Shown: positions 38,901 to 52,799 of the stretch, piece by piece
Numbering within the stretch: position 1 is the stretch's first letter
Layout of the letters: each line of letters begins with the position of its first letter
Source: Epiperipatus broadwayi
Lineage: Eukaryota > Animalia > Onychophora
Length of the DNA stretch: 64,000 nt
Assembly: GCA_028023455.1 (NCBI GenBank)
Contig: JAQFVV010000003.1
Location: forward strand, 22,630,001 to 22,694,000
Direction: 5' to 3'
The notes under the pieces: model-generated
The model's input: only the letters and a program-made list of their open reading frames with translations
Databases searched by the model: none
What the model was told of the DNA's origin: nothing
Position numbers and translations under genes: made by a program

Positions 38901-40399
38901 TAAAATTTTATTTTAATAGTAAGTATATATACCCCCCCCCCCATTTTACTGTGAACCATATGAAATATTTTGAAGCAAAATAATATATTGTTTTAATAAA
39001 TACAATTATAGTGTTTACATACTTTTTTCTTTATTTTTCTGCAAATCATTTAGAATATTTATCTGCAATAAAGATTAAATACTAAAATGTATGTTTTTCA
39101 ATAAAGCAGAAGTAGTTAAGACAAATTTAATAATTTCTAGATTATGCTTTGATAATGTTAAGGTTATGTTATTTTATTATTAAGACTGAATTATAAAGAA
39201 ATAATAGCTTTATCTAATCACAGTTCATTTTCATTTTTCTACCAAATTATTAAATATTTTAGTAACAATTATTTTTAAACGTTTATTTTTATTTTCACTA
39301 TTTATAACACTGTACTACATATATAAATTAATAATTTATTAGCTACAACTAAACTATAAATAATACTTTTAAATTATGATAATCATACAAAAAATAGTAA
39401 TAAATAATTTATATAGAAGTACTTTCAATTGCTTAGATCATTATTAATTGAATGTGATGGAGGAAAAACGGCTGCCATGTGATTTTCCAGGAATTGTATA
39501 ATTCGATATTAGCATAATGTTTATTCATTATTCATTATAGAATCTTAAGATTGATTTATAAAAATTGCCACTTTAATTTTTCTCTTTCTATATTCCACAT
39601 AAATTCAACTGATAATGATTGCAATCTAAATAATCAAAAGTATTTCTGTATAATTATATATTCTTTATTAGTATCATTATTATAATTTATATATATACTA
39701 TATGCAAAACAGCAAAAGTACTATTTTACAAAATAAAATCATCACATAAGATATATTTGTATAACAAGAATTTGTAATAAAGTAGATATTAAATTGTATT
39801 TAAAACATGTTTATTCTCAAAATTTTTATCTTCTAGATTTTATATTTACATTTTTCTATTGTAGTATATATTATTATATGTATCTCTTAGATATACTTAT
39901 TTTGGATTAAGGCTTCTCAAACGGGATGATGGGAACATGTTTTCCAAGGGTAAAAATTATGCCAGGATAATAAACCAAATTTCTCAGCAATTGTTCTAAT
40001 TCTCAAAATTTTAGTATATTATTTATTTTACTTTTTTGGTCATAATAATGAATTTCGCTCAAAATTAGAAAAAATGCAATGTGTCCCATAGATAAACAAT
40101 TTATTATACAAATTCAAATATACTAAATTATCGTCATCTGTTATCTATAATTATAATTTACAAATTTTTCAGTATAAACTTATTGTTATGAAATTCATTT
40201 CTCCTCTGAAATTCTTTTTAATACGAATTTGTAAACAAAAATGTTGCGCAATGTTATGAAATTTGACTTTATTAAATTCAAACTCAGAGAATCCCTTATT
40301 TGTAGTTATTTTTGGTGAATATATCTATTTTATTTTATTATTATGATTATTAGGATGAGTAATTTAAGATAAACAAAAACATAAGTAAATAAAAAAGTC

Positions 40400-41022
40400 A
40401 ATAAACATCACATGATCACCATTTCTTATGCTTGCTTATAACTGTTATTAAAACAGGCAAAACTCTTTATACATGCCACTCAGTGCAAGCCAGAGTAATC
40501 AATGGATACCAGAAGGATTGTGCATAAAATCCCCATCTAGTGCCTACTCATCCAATATCCCTAGACTAGTTTCTAGCTTATGGATTTCATCAGTGAGGAG
40601 CCTTGGATCTGAGAGCACTGCACCTAGATCACAGGATCTAATGCAACCCTCCAGCAGCCATCTTTTATTTCTACTTAACTACAAAACTATGAGTCTTAAA
40701 TTGAAAACTATAATATTTTCAATCCAAGCTTATTAACTTATATAGTCATATAGGTCTGAACTCAGTTCAGTATCTATACATTTTGGTGTCTTTGGTTTCT
40801 TTAATAACCATAGCCACCACTATCATATTAGGCAGGATTGGTTTTAAGCTAATAAACAGCACATGATCACCATTTCTTATGTTTGCTTATAATTTTTATT
40901 AAAGCCAGAAACTAGTCTGGGGATATTGGATGAGTATGCACTAGATGGGGATTCTATGCACAAGCTTTCTGGAATCCATTGATTACTCTGGCTTGCACTG
41001 AGTAGCAATACATATAGAGTTG
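40400..41022. mobile_element. Family A hammerhead-repeat composite (inverted pair) nested in the hAT remnant
   Basis: Inverted arms 40472-40580 and 40905-41010, plus a 53-bp direct repeat at 40400-40452 and 40851-40903. Confidence 0.85.
40559..40598 (-). ncRNA. Type I hammerhead ribozyme motif (family A), core intact
   Basis: Minus strand CCTCA-CTGATGA-AATCC-ATA-AGCTA-GAAA-CTAGTC/TAGGG. Stem I CCTCA pairs with T(G)GGG (TGGGG in the sister arm at 40918). Stem II is mismatched. Confidence 0.75.
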
Positions 41023-43949
41023 AGAATCCAAAAGTATATCATATGACATCAATAATATCTCGAAGGGAATTAATATTTCTGAAGCCATGGGGAAATGCAC
41101 AAATAATTTAGAAAAATTATATAATGCACTAATGACCATCCTACAGACATCAATTGAATCAGAAAGAACTTTTTCTGAAGCTGGTCTTTTCATCATGAAA
41201 ATTCGGTTATCTTTAAGTGATAACATCATTGACAACTATTTTTATTTATCATTATATTTTATTCAAATTAATGTGAATTTATTTTTGTTTTGTTTATAAT
41301 GAATTATTTTGTATTTAAGTTTTTCACATTAAAAATGATCTTTTTTAAAAAACTCAGTGAATTTTTTGTATTGTTTTGAACTGAAAAAAAAAACTTCACT
41401 CACAACAACACAACATGCTCTAAGTGGATTGATTCATGCTCCCTGAATCCTGGAAATAGAATCATTTTTACCTCAGGATTTAAATTTTACGAGAAATGAG
41501 AAATTCTATTTTGGATAAAACTATTTATAATTTGTCATCAATATTTAAGTCATTTTTCTCTGTCTTTTAAATGTATATCAACTAATGATTTTTTATTTAT
41601 TGTAATATAAAGCTTCAAACTATGTTAAAGTAACTCTTCATTTAAAATGTTTCCTATGCCATGATTAAAACAATTTTGAAATCTAGATTACTAATTAAAT
41701 TCCTTATGATCTTGATCATTATTGTAAGATTCACATAAATCTGCCTAATGAACTTAAATGTCTGATAATATATCGAGTTAGTGATCTCCATTTTGTTAAT
41801 AAAATGAATCAATGCAATGATTTCTTTTCAAATAGCAGCATTTTTCCTGACATCATATTATGATTCTGGTCATTAACATATTCTTTGATTCTATTTTTTT
41901 TCTTTCTCTCATTTTTAGAATAAAATATAATAATAATAAAAATTAAGAGTTAATTCCCAAGTGCCCACTGGCTTTTCAAATAATCCATAATATCCACTGT
42001 TTCTAAAAATATGTTAAGAGTAATGATAAAAATATATATCAAGCTTAATATAATCTCTTTTAAATTAATAGTTATTTTATAATTATTTTGAACAAGCTCA
42101 AACATCAATTAAAAGTACAACACTCTCAACCTATTGAATACTATACAATTATTCAAGTATAAAACAAACACAGTGGTTAATTTGACACAGCATCACTTTG
42201 TTAAAACTTACTAGAGCATACATGGAAACAAATTTCTATTGGTTAAAACTGAACAAACTTGAGAGATGAATTGTCCAGAAGAAATTTTCTAATAAATAAT
42301 CATCTAGTAAATCAAGAAAGAACTGAAATAATCTGAGAAAAATAAAAGATGCCAAAGAGCTGGAAAGATTAATATTCTATTAATGTCAGTGGTTCGATTC
42401 ACTCACAGATTTTCAGAGGAATGTAAAGGAGAACCATAAAAATATGAAATTATTAAAAATTAAAGAACAATTTATTATCATTCACTGTAATACACACTCT
42501 GCATAATTTGCACAGCAGTAGAGTGGAGCTCAAAATCTATGAATTGCAGGTTAAATCTCTTCCTTTCAATACTTGAACTTCTTATGAACTCCTAAGATAT
42601 AAACAATCTGTTTTTTTTTCTGAAATATATGTAAAATACATGTTTCAAATCAGAGAGCAAGCTTTTTAAGACCTATAATATTTTGTGATAATTGTCATCC
42701 CATTAGCAAATGTCAGCCAAGTTTTTAGAAAATAATAATCCCTTGCTTGGCTTCTTCTTACAACACATACTTCCCAGTTCCATTTTCACTATCTATATAT
42801 ATTTTATTATTATCATCATCATTATTATAACAACAACATCATTTACTTTTTTAATATTAAAGAAAAAAACTGTTTTCTGTCTGCTCATGCTTTTAAAATT
42901 TGATTTTGAAAAATCATTTATTAATTAGTAAATCATTAGGTAAAGCTAATTAAGAAAATTTCAAAGCTTGCTAACAAAGACAGTAATAATCATTCTTAAA
43001 AAGTGGAATACTGGCTTCCAAATTATAATTAATATTTATTAATTAAAAAAAATGTAACTTTAAAATAATTTCCTACATTAATCATTGTTAATTAAATCAA
43101 TAAAAAAAAAAGATTTTTTTTTTTTTTATTGAACAAAAATTTTAAATGAGAAATGCAAAAACAGTCTCTTCTCATTACTGTTTCTGGGTTTTATCAGCAT
43201 GAACCAAACAACACATACACTATCGTTGCAAATATGTTTCAGGTAGTAAATGGGTAAAGAAAAGAAATGCTTATTACACTACTGAACATAGTACATATTA
43301 AGTAATATTAATTATTATTTGTTACATATGTGAACATTATTTGTCAAAAATTGACACACAATGATCATAATAACTGCATTAAATATGCTAGGTATCAATT
43401 GATTCAACTATGACTTTCATATATTGGCAGTTATATAGAAAAAAAGACAAGATTTCATAAAAATAAGCTCTTTAGTAGATCATCAATTTGACATCACACT
43501 TTTCTTTAAACTTGTCAATTTTCACAACTGATAATATATTCAATATTCTTAAAGCCTCTATATGCTTGATAAAACTATCTCAACACATTTAAAAAGAGAG
43601 AGCTTATTCTAATAGCATTTAATAATTATCTTTTTCTGATTGATACAATATGATTTAAAAAATAAGTAATCAGTGTTTATTAATAGCAAAATATATAGTG
43701 TGTATATATATACACAAATATAGTTATGTAATTACTTTTACCAGTATCGAATATAAATAATTATTAAAAGAAATGATAAGGGTTTATCAAAAATTTGCTA
43801 TGATTAATTTGCTAATTAAAATCTAAGTTTTTTGCATTGCTGAACTTTTTGCGATTCCATAGTTGGCTTGTAATATAAATTAATAACATTTACTTCATAC
43901 CCTGAACTGAAAATAATATAATTAACTACCTGTATATTAAATTTAAATA

Positions 43950-44650
43950 AACCAGCCAAAAAATTTACTGGTAACAATATTCACAAATTGGAACAGATTT
44001 AGTACTTAAAGACTATGGTTATGAATATTTCATGTTTGAAAATTTAATTAATCTGTTGTTTGGTGTTTATAAAGAAATGATTTTGTATACTATGTTGGAA
44101 CACTGACTGATACTCATTGCCATCTAATCAACAATATGGATTTCAGAAAATAATTGTATTGCAAGAGTTGATTGGCTGGTTATTTTAGTAATAGTGTTGC
44201 AGTTTATAAGTGTTGTTATTAGTAAATTTATTAACTGATTTATTTAAAGTTAATTAAATATATAGAGAAATGATATGGATAGGCTATAATTTTTTTAAAT
44301 ATTACTTTACATTTAGAAATTTATCTTTAATAAATGTTTAATAACACACAAAAAAACATATGATTTAAGACTAATTAGTAATTTACTTTATTTAACAAAT
44401 AAGACAATTTTTTTTAACAATTTTGAATTGTGAACTTAAGCACCTTATATGAGTGATAAAAAGTTATTAAATAGATTAGGCACAAAAAATATTAATTTAA
44501 CAGCAGTTTTAAAATTTAATGTTATTGACTGAAGGTCTATATTGAAAAGTTAATTCAGTAATCTTTAAAAGCTTTATATAGACAGAGAACAAAAAGAAAG
44601 CAAAAAAATATATAATTAATCATATCATTTATGAAAATTATAATTTATAT
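43950..44650 (+). mobile_element. Highly decayed LINE RT fragment (L2/Jockey-like)
   Basis: PSNQQYGFQK motif near 44120 in RT-like context. Confidence 0.4.
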
Positions 44651-45849
44651 GTTTTCAAATAATTTTAAAAATCACTTTAGAGAAATTGAGAAAAATAAAA
44701 TCGAAAAAAAAAGCAGTTTAATTAATACATTTCATATTTATTTAACTTCATAAAATGAATTTTCTCTGTAATCAACTATTGTTACAGAATTAAAATTTTG
44801 ATATTGCATAAGCTTTGTAAGTGTATAAAAACATTTTATTATGAGGAAAAATGGAATTTAATTAATTTTCAATACAAAATGTATAGAATAATGATTCTTA
44901 CATGGAAAAATTTCTGTTGTAATCTATGGGAATAAATGTAAAAAGAAGAAAGATTTGTAATAAGATTCCACAATATAATTTTAAAAGCATCCAGCAAACC
45001 CTTAGAAAATAAACACATTGTTGTAGAACACATTCATTCACAAATTTACTGCTTGTCTTCATATAGATTACAAAGATATTTTGAAAAATTCTTGCTAAAA
45101 GTAATTATTTATAGTTTTTCTTTGTCGTAAATTTGAACTTCAAGTTGAAAGACTAATTGAATATATATATATATGTAATAAATTTAATAATTTATAGAAA
45201 ATTTTTTTTGTTTATTTTAAACATTTAATATATATTTAATTTTATATTATTATTTCAGCAAATTCATTTGATTTAGAAGTTCATAAAAAAATTCTTATAA
45301 TCTATGATGACTAAAAAAGCTATGGCTATCCATTAATAACTTATAAATTAATTATCTTTTCTTTGTTAAAAATAATATTAATACATTATTATTATTTCAA
45401 AGATATAACTGTGAAGTTTGATAAATGCTGAGATGTTCCCAAATGTGAAATATATTAAATGTATGAGATATAAAATAGTAGTGTAATAAATACTCCATTT
45501 CTAATAGAAGTTAAATATAAAATAGAATGATTGAATAAATATCTAAAATTAAATACAAAATGAAAATCAAAGAATGAGTAGTTGAAATCACCCTGTGCTA
45601 AATTTTGAAATATTTACTAAAGTTTATCATTTATCTGTAATCACAAACATGTCACACTTTTTAATCCTCATGTGATGATGATCCTATATGCTCTTAATAT
45701 GCTATTGTTACTGCTACTACTACTATTACTACTATCATGACAATTTTTATTATTAGTTTCAAAGGAACTTTATTAGAACATAAAAAGTTGCATAAGTTTT
45801 TATGTAATGGTTTAGATTACAAATAAAGACAACAAATAATCTTATTTTA

Positions 45850-48060
45850 CATTTTGTATAAATAATGTTATTGTTGTTCACTTTTAATGTTCATATGGTT
45901 ACTATCTTTAACCTTAATAAGATTGGTTGCCATTATTTGCTGTTCCTAGATATAATTGATTATTTATCGACAAATGTTTCATCTATGCTGTTGTTTACAT
46001 GTGCATGAGTGCCCAAATAGTGTTAAAAATGAAAGTTGTATTTTTTATGTCTCTTTCTCAAATGGAATTCATCTTATTCATAAAAGTATTTGAGTGGCTT
46101 CATGGAATATGATTGTCGTAAATGAGTATCAAACACACCACAATGAATACAGGATAAATGAACATGAAAATAAGCATACATACATGTTGTGAATATTTAA
46201 ATAAGAGAATGGATGACCATTTTGGAATTGTTGAATATTATTGAAATGTTTATATAAATGTAATTTAATGATTGGTATACTATAAATAAATGAAATTGAT
46301 TATCTGTGTTCTTTTTATATTAATGCATTTTTTATAGCTATAACAGTACAAAGCAGGAAGCAAAACAAAGTTTATTTTAATTAAAAAGTTAATGAATTTT
46401 GGTTCTTGGGACCAATCTTTAATTTTAGTAAGTCTGTTTGTTATTATTTCAAGAAAGGATTTTTCTTCAATATCTATTCTGGAAAAGAGAAATGAGTGAG
46501 TAAATATCCCAATATTTTACATTTATCTATACAGTAGTTAGAAATAAGTACTGGTTAAATAATTTTCCAGAATCCTTTCAAAGAGAAGGGGGGGGGGTTC
46601 ATTTGGATCAACTTTAAATGTTATTTTGATTTGAGAGAATATGATAGCACAGTTGAGATAAGGTTCAATGTATTTTAAATTCTATATATGTAAATTGGAT
46701 GTAGAGCTAGTCCATTTTGTCTAGAGGGTTTTATAGTTGGTTGAGAGAGATAGATGCCATTTTGTTTTCCCCCCCAAAAAATTTCTGATTAACAAGTATG
46801 TATTTGCAATTAATGACATTATGTAGTTTATAATAAGTTAGTAATATATAATCCTAGAAATAATTAGAATGTTGGTCAGAAATGTATTGGAATAAAGGAA
46901 GAGGTATGATTTGGACAGATCACAGGCTTTTTATTTTAGTTTTTTAAAAATTGCTGTATAAATTTCTGAACTGCTGAGATAAAATGGGAAACCAAGGAAG
47001 ACACTAGCTCCTTTGAAGTATTATTTGTCAGTTTTCTCAATAAATATTGACCAATTGCTAGATTTAACAGCATTGAATTTCATTTTGTAATGCAATGTTT
47101 ATTCTTTCAATATTTGTAATAGAACTGGAATCTATTATTTGTCAGTTTTCTCAATAAATATTGACCAATTGCTAGATTTAACAGCATTGAATTTCATTTT
47201 GTAATGCAATGTTTATTCTTTCAATATTTGTAATAGAACTGGAATCTGTATTTTGGAATTGAGGAAGATGATAATGTCATCCATATAGGATGAAATGTAA
47301 TGTTTGTTTTTAAGTTTGATATAGAAATGCCAATAGGGGGCACATAGAGGAGACCCTTGAAATATGATAGAGAGTAAAGGGTGGAAAACACCCATATATA
47401 TTTCTCTATTTAGTAGAAGATTTGTGATAACATATATTATTGATATAGGAATATTTATTTCAGTTAATGTTTTGATGAGGAAGTCTATAGGAACTATGTT
47501 AAACACTTCTTTGATGTCTAGCTATGCAACTATGGAACTATATATTTAATTCTAATTAAGTCAATAAATGTATTAAACCAAAAGATGGTTTATGTTGTTG
47601 ATAATCCTTGGGGAGGGAGTGACTTTCTGACAAGAATAGGCGTATGTATTTTTCTGTATTTTGTCTTTTATTACTACTTCAAACATTTTTATACTTAGAG
47701 GGATCTTTGCAATAGGTTGCAGATTATTAAGTGTGTGGATTTTTTCTTGTTTGTTTTGTGAAAGAAACGTGAGAATGGATATAAACTATGGATGAGATAG
47801 ACTTTTTTTTATGAATAATTTGCTATTTCTGATAGACATTTTATTATAATAAGATTGTAGACAAATTTGGAAATATGATGTATTCCTAGGTAGTATGATT
47901 CTGGAATTAAGATAATTTTCTAATTGGATTATTCACGTGTGACTATATCTTCATTTTCAGAATTTCCTAGAAAATAATGAAACTGTGCTTCATTGCCAAG
48001 GTACATGGAATAGGCAGGAAGAGTAGTTAAGAATTAGAATAGTTACTGCTGGCAATATAG
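45850..48060 (-). mobile_element. Decayed I/Jockey-group LINE (RT and probable RNase H)
   Basis: ORF 47213-47506 contains IFQGSPLCAP and SSYMDDIIIF. An RNase H-like remnant lies near 45950-46150. Segment 47650-47900 is homologous to 50500-50780. Confidence 0.7.
47019..47247. repeat. Perfect 114-bp tandem duplication inside the decayed RT
   Basis: 47019-47132 and 47133-47246 read as identical. Confidence 0.95.
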
Positions 48061-48496
48061 GATCAAAACAATTTAAATTGGATTTTAAATAGTAGTAGTT
48101 TAAAAGCAGTAAAAAATTTATATAGCTATGGGTGTGTGCATGAAAAATATTTGATAGAACTTAATTTTGAAAGAAATAAAAAGGTAAAACATAACCAATA
48201 TTATTATATTCATTCGATATGAAAAGAGAAGAAAAAAAATACATTTCATTTTTTATTACTAAATATTTAAATTAAACACAACTAAAATATTTTTTACTTT
48301 TATTTTTCTTTCATTTCTTAGGGATTAAGTTTGTTTATAAGTTATTAGAAGATAAATATTTTGCATCTGTTTATTGACAGATTTATGACAATCCTATAAC
48401 ATTGTTTGTTATTTCAGTATAAAGAATTATAAAGATTATAAAAATGTCTCCATATTTGCCTAGAACAGAATGTTTTAATGTTTAAAATAGCTAATC

Positions 48497-49897
48497 AGCA
48501 TCATCAACCATTATCAACCCACTATATGACAAAGGTTTTTCCAAGTTCAATCCATCTCTGATCTTTAGCCTCTCTTCTCCACATCATACCTGAACACTTT
48601 CTTATTTCATCCATCTATTTCACATGTGGTCTCTTTCTGGCTTGTTTATAATTTCTTGAATCCAGTTTAAGATTTCAAGTGTCCATCTATTATCATCTCT
48701 TCTAGCAATTTGTTATGCCCAACTCCACTTCAGTCTTTTAATTTTTTCAATGATATTAGTAACACCTGTTTGTTCTCTTACCCATATATTATGTTTTCAA
48801 TCTCTTCTTGTTACTCCTAATAGTCAACTCTCCATACTTCTTTTAGTGGTTTGAAGTCTTAGTATTGCTCTTCTACTAAGTGTCCAAGTCTCAGATCCAT
48901 AAATAAGAATTGGTAAAACAAATTTACTAATAATCTTCCTTTTCAAACACATAGCCATATTTCCTTTTAATATTAAATTATTTCTACAAAAAGCACTCCA
49001 ACCAAGTTTAATTCAATGATTAATTTCATCCATTATGTTTCTATCTGTAATAATAATCCGACTGGCATATTTGTAATAATTAACTTCAAACTCATCATAA
49101 TCAATTTTTGTTTTCATCTTTTGAAAAAATCCATTGAACATTACTTTAATATTTTTAATGTTTACTTTTAGTCCTACTTTCTTACTTTCATCTGATAACT
49201 CTTGTAACATTTCCTAAATCTCTGAAGCATTATTTGCAAAAACAGCTACATCATCTGAAAAATCTAAATAACTTAAATAATCTCCATTTACTTTTACTCA
49301 TTTAACTTCCCATTTTTAATCCACAAAATACTTCTTGCAGCACTGCTGTAAAATTTTTGGATTTATGGAGTCACACTGTCTTACACCCTTCTCAATGTTA
49401 ACTTTCCTAGTATCATTATGTAATCTAATTGTTATTGCTGCATTTTTATAAATATTTTTCAGAATATGACAATATCCTGGATCTATACCTTGATGATTCA
49501 ATGCTTCAATCACTAAAGAAATGTTTATAGAATCAAATCCTATTCATAATCTATAAATCCAAAGCATAATGGCAACACATATTTTGATCCTTTCTATAAC
49601 TTCTTTCAATATTTGGATATGATCTACTGTATTAAAACTACTTTTAAATCCAGCTTGTTCTTTTGCTTGGTTGAAATCCAAAGTTCTCTCTAGATGAGTT
49701 ATAATTATCTTGGTAAAAATTTTGTATAAAACTGATAAAAGACTGATAGGTCTGTAATTTCTAATATCTTCTATATCACCTTTTTTAAATATTAATATTG
49801 CATTCTTACAATCATCTGATATATCTTTATCTTTTAGACCTTTGGTATATAACTTTGCCAAAAAAAAATTATATTTCTTCACCTGCTTCTTTAATAT
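48497..49897 (-). mobile_element. 5'-truncated decayed RTE-clade LINE (RT to 3' tail)
   Basis: NYRPISLLSVLYKIFTKII, QAKEQAGFKSSFNTVDHIQ, GVRQCDSINPK. 3' end GGTTGATGATGCTGAT. Confidence 0.92.
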
Positions 49898-50379
49898 GAT
49901 TTGGCACAGGTTAGTTAAAATGAATAAATATTGAAATAAATCATGTTCTGTCAGCACACATATCTTTTGTGAAACATTTAAGATTATAAGACCTGAAGGA
50001 GAATAAAAGATAATATAGTAGAAATAATAAAAAGATAAAGTTACTGTCATCGAAAATGAGCTATATTTTAAATGGTAAACCTTGTTCAAGCAAGAATAGA
50101 TAATAAATGGTCTAATATATGTCTGTTAATATAAACTTACTAATAATTTGTATATCCATACTTAATTTGTTTCATGTGGAGTTAATTTTTTTTAGAGACT
50201 AATCTGCGATTGAGATATCAAAGCATTCACCTGATGCCCAAGAAACTAACACTGGACTAAAATATAATATATGATATATTTATTGTGTGGACATTTATCT
50301 CCTAAGATAGGTCATCTATAAAATTCATACACATACATATATATACACATGTTCCACTTATTTTTTTATGATGATTGAT

Positions 50380-52460
50380 GGTTCTTAGGTGGCATTAAAT
50401 ATAAATGCACCCTTCCAAAAAAAAATGACTTGTGCTATCAATAATCGTTTTTTTTTTTTTTTTGCAAATTGACTTTTTGATAGGAGTAGGAATATGTAAG
50501 ATTGGATTTTGTCTTTTATTACTGCTTTGAGTATTTTTATACTTAGAGAAATTATTGAGATAGGTCCACAGATTACTGAGCATATGAATATTTTGTTGGG
50601 GGAGGAGGTATTATGAAGGAAACCAGTGAGAGTGGTTATAAACTAAGAATGTGATAGGTTTTTTTTTTTATATATATAGATAGTTTGTCATTTCTGATAG
50701 ACATTTTCCTGTAATAATGTGGGAGTAGACAAATTTGGGGATACCACATAATCCTAAATGACATGATTCTAGAATTGCAATAAATTTTTTATTGAATTAT
50801 TCGGGTGTGTGTCATTTTCAGGCTTTTCTAGAAAATATGGAGCTAAATTGAATAGTCGTCTGTCTTATAGTTTCTCTTTATGTATATAAGGTGGAAATCA
50901 TGATGTAAACTATGAGGATTTTATCTTTTAATTTTATAGCACTGGATATTCTTACTTTTAAGTGTTGCCCTAATGCCATTATACACAATCTCTGTACCAT
51001 GTATGTGGTTTGCTTATGTACATTTTTTTTTGCAGCTAGGTATTCTCTAAGAACATCACATGTTGACTTATAAGATCTTAGAACTTCTATTCCTCTGCAG
51101 TAGTTATTTGATTCAGTTTTGAAAAGGTAGGGTTTGTTCATGTAGTGTAATTTATGTTGAATGAAATTGTTTATATAGAGGCTTTAACTGGATCTAAGTT
51201 TAGGTTATATATTTTAAATAATGCTATATATATTTCAGAATAAAGAAATTCTGATGTGTTATTTGGGAGTAATATTTAAATTGTAGTTCCTGTTAGAATA
51301 GGCAATCTGTGGATGAAATCAAGATTGATTTTAAATAAAAGAGCAAGGTAATCTAAAAATGGTGCTTTTTTTTTTAGTGACAAGTTAATGGGAAAGTAGA
51401 AAGCCAGATCTATAAGTGATTGATGTCTGTCATTACTAAAGGAAAAAGAGCTTTCTGATAAGAGCTTTTCTCTTTGTCTATTAGGGGGGGAAATACTTTA
51501 TGTATCCATTTTGTAATAAAGTTATTATAGCTTCTTCACCAAGCATATTAAAGTACTCGTATATACTATAGGTTATATTGAAATCACTGAACAGCAAGCA
51601 CAGATTTGGAGATGAAGCTACTATTGAGTTGATTGTTAGTATTATTCTATTTATTATTATTGTGGTTAGAGGTAGTCTACATATATTATTTCAAATGTTT
51701 GGAATAGGTAAAATTTGGAAATAATCACTCTTGTTCCAACTGAGGATGTTTTGGAAAAAAGAAAGAATCCTCAATTATATAAATATTCTGATGGTTTAAT
51801 TTGAAAATCATATATTTTTGTTTCTAGAAATAAATGGCTGAATGATTCATGCCATAATGTTAGTAAATGTATTTTATTAATTAAATTTAATAATTTGATA
51901 ATGAAAAATCCCATTTTGAGAATTAGTTATTTTCTATTAGCTATAATGATAAGTATAATATAATCTTAATATGTATGCAGATATCTTGAATTATTTAAAA
52001 TAATAATTTGTGATAAATTTTAAATATATAGTCTGAGTTTCTCATTCAGGATCTAAATAAAAAAATTTCTGGGAGGCAAACGAATTTATTTCATCCATAT
52101 TGCTGCAGTTAGATAGCGCTTTTGAATTATGAGTGGCAAGTTATGAATGCATTTCCATTTTGTTACCAATCACTATTGACATTTTGTTTATTGAAGAGTC
52201 TTCATCTGTGGATAATCCTTAATCAATTTTTTGCGAATTATTGAACCAAGTTTTTTTTTTTTTTTAACTTTTGTTATTATCTCTTGAAATGAGATAATCT
52301 TTTTCTTCACTTTCCTGAACATTGCAGACTTTTACCCTTCATTTCTTTTGTGGCAGTCTACCCAGCTTAGTTTGCATAGAGGGCCTTGATCATTTATTAA
52401 GGTAGTTGGCAACTAAATGAGCTATGATTGTATCACTTATGATTTGCTTAATTGTTTTAT
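50380..52460 (-). mobile_element. Second decayed I/Jockey-group LINE remnant
   Basis: Nucleotide homology to 47560-48060 (ATTTTGTCTTTTATTACT..TTTTATACTTAGAG; ATTTCTGATAGACATTTT..GTAGACAAATTTGG). RNase H-like LSTDEDSSINKMSIVIG near 52150-52220. Confidence 0.55.
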
Positions 52461-52648
52461 TTATTGAATTGCTGGTATATTATTGTTTTCTTTGTTGATT
52501 AATATTAACTGCAATACATTATGTAATTCCAATAGTTTTAAACTTGTCTCAAAAAATGTAATTCAATATAAGTGATATATACAAAATATATGCTAAGAAA
52601 AGCTTGTTTAATAGTCATATTCAGCTATAATTATCCAAACGATATGTG

Positions 52649-52799
52649 AGATTTATAGATGAATCACCAAAATGGTGCAATCAACAAGAAAGAATCCTGC
52701 ATCATCCTGTCAAAAAAGTAGCTCGTTTAAATAAATTCATTTATAACTTATAATAAAATTTTATGTAAATCACCACTTTTGTGATTCTTCTATAAATCT
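52649..52799. repeat. Small inverted-repeat element (MITE candidate)
   Basis: 29-bp arms AGATTTATAGATGAATCACCAAAATGGTG / CACCACTTTTGTGATTCTTCTATAAATCT with 3 mismatches. No clear TSD. Confidence 0.55.

Larger units (their letters stand above)
39930..41500 (+). mobile_element. Internally deleted hAT transposon remnant with a C-terminal dimerisation domain
   Basis: ORF 41087-41299, NLEKLYNALMTILQTSIESERTFSEAGLFIMKIRLSLSDNII, fits the hATC motif LxIPxTSxxSERxFSxAG. There is weak inverted subterminal similarity between GGTAAAAATTATGCCAGGA (about 39950) and TCCTGG..ATCATTTTTACC (about 41450). Boundaries uncertain. Confidence 0.7.

Noticed and set aside
40400-40903. Direct repeats separated by a spacer, as a CRISPR-like array
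   Set aside because: Only two 53-bp copies 450 bp apart in a eukaryotic TE context; explained by the retroelement composite.
42510-42570. tRNA gene candidate (also 11765-11822)
   Set aside because: Only degenerate box motifs with no cloverleaf; at most SINE heads.
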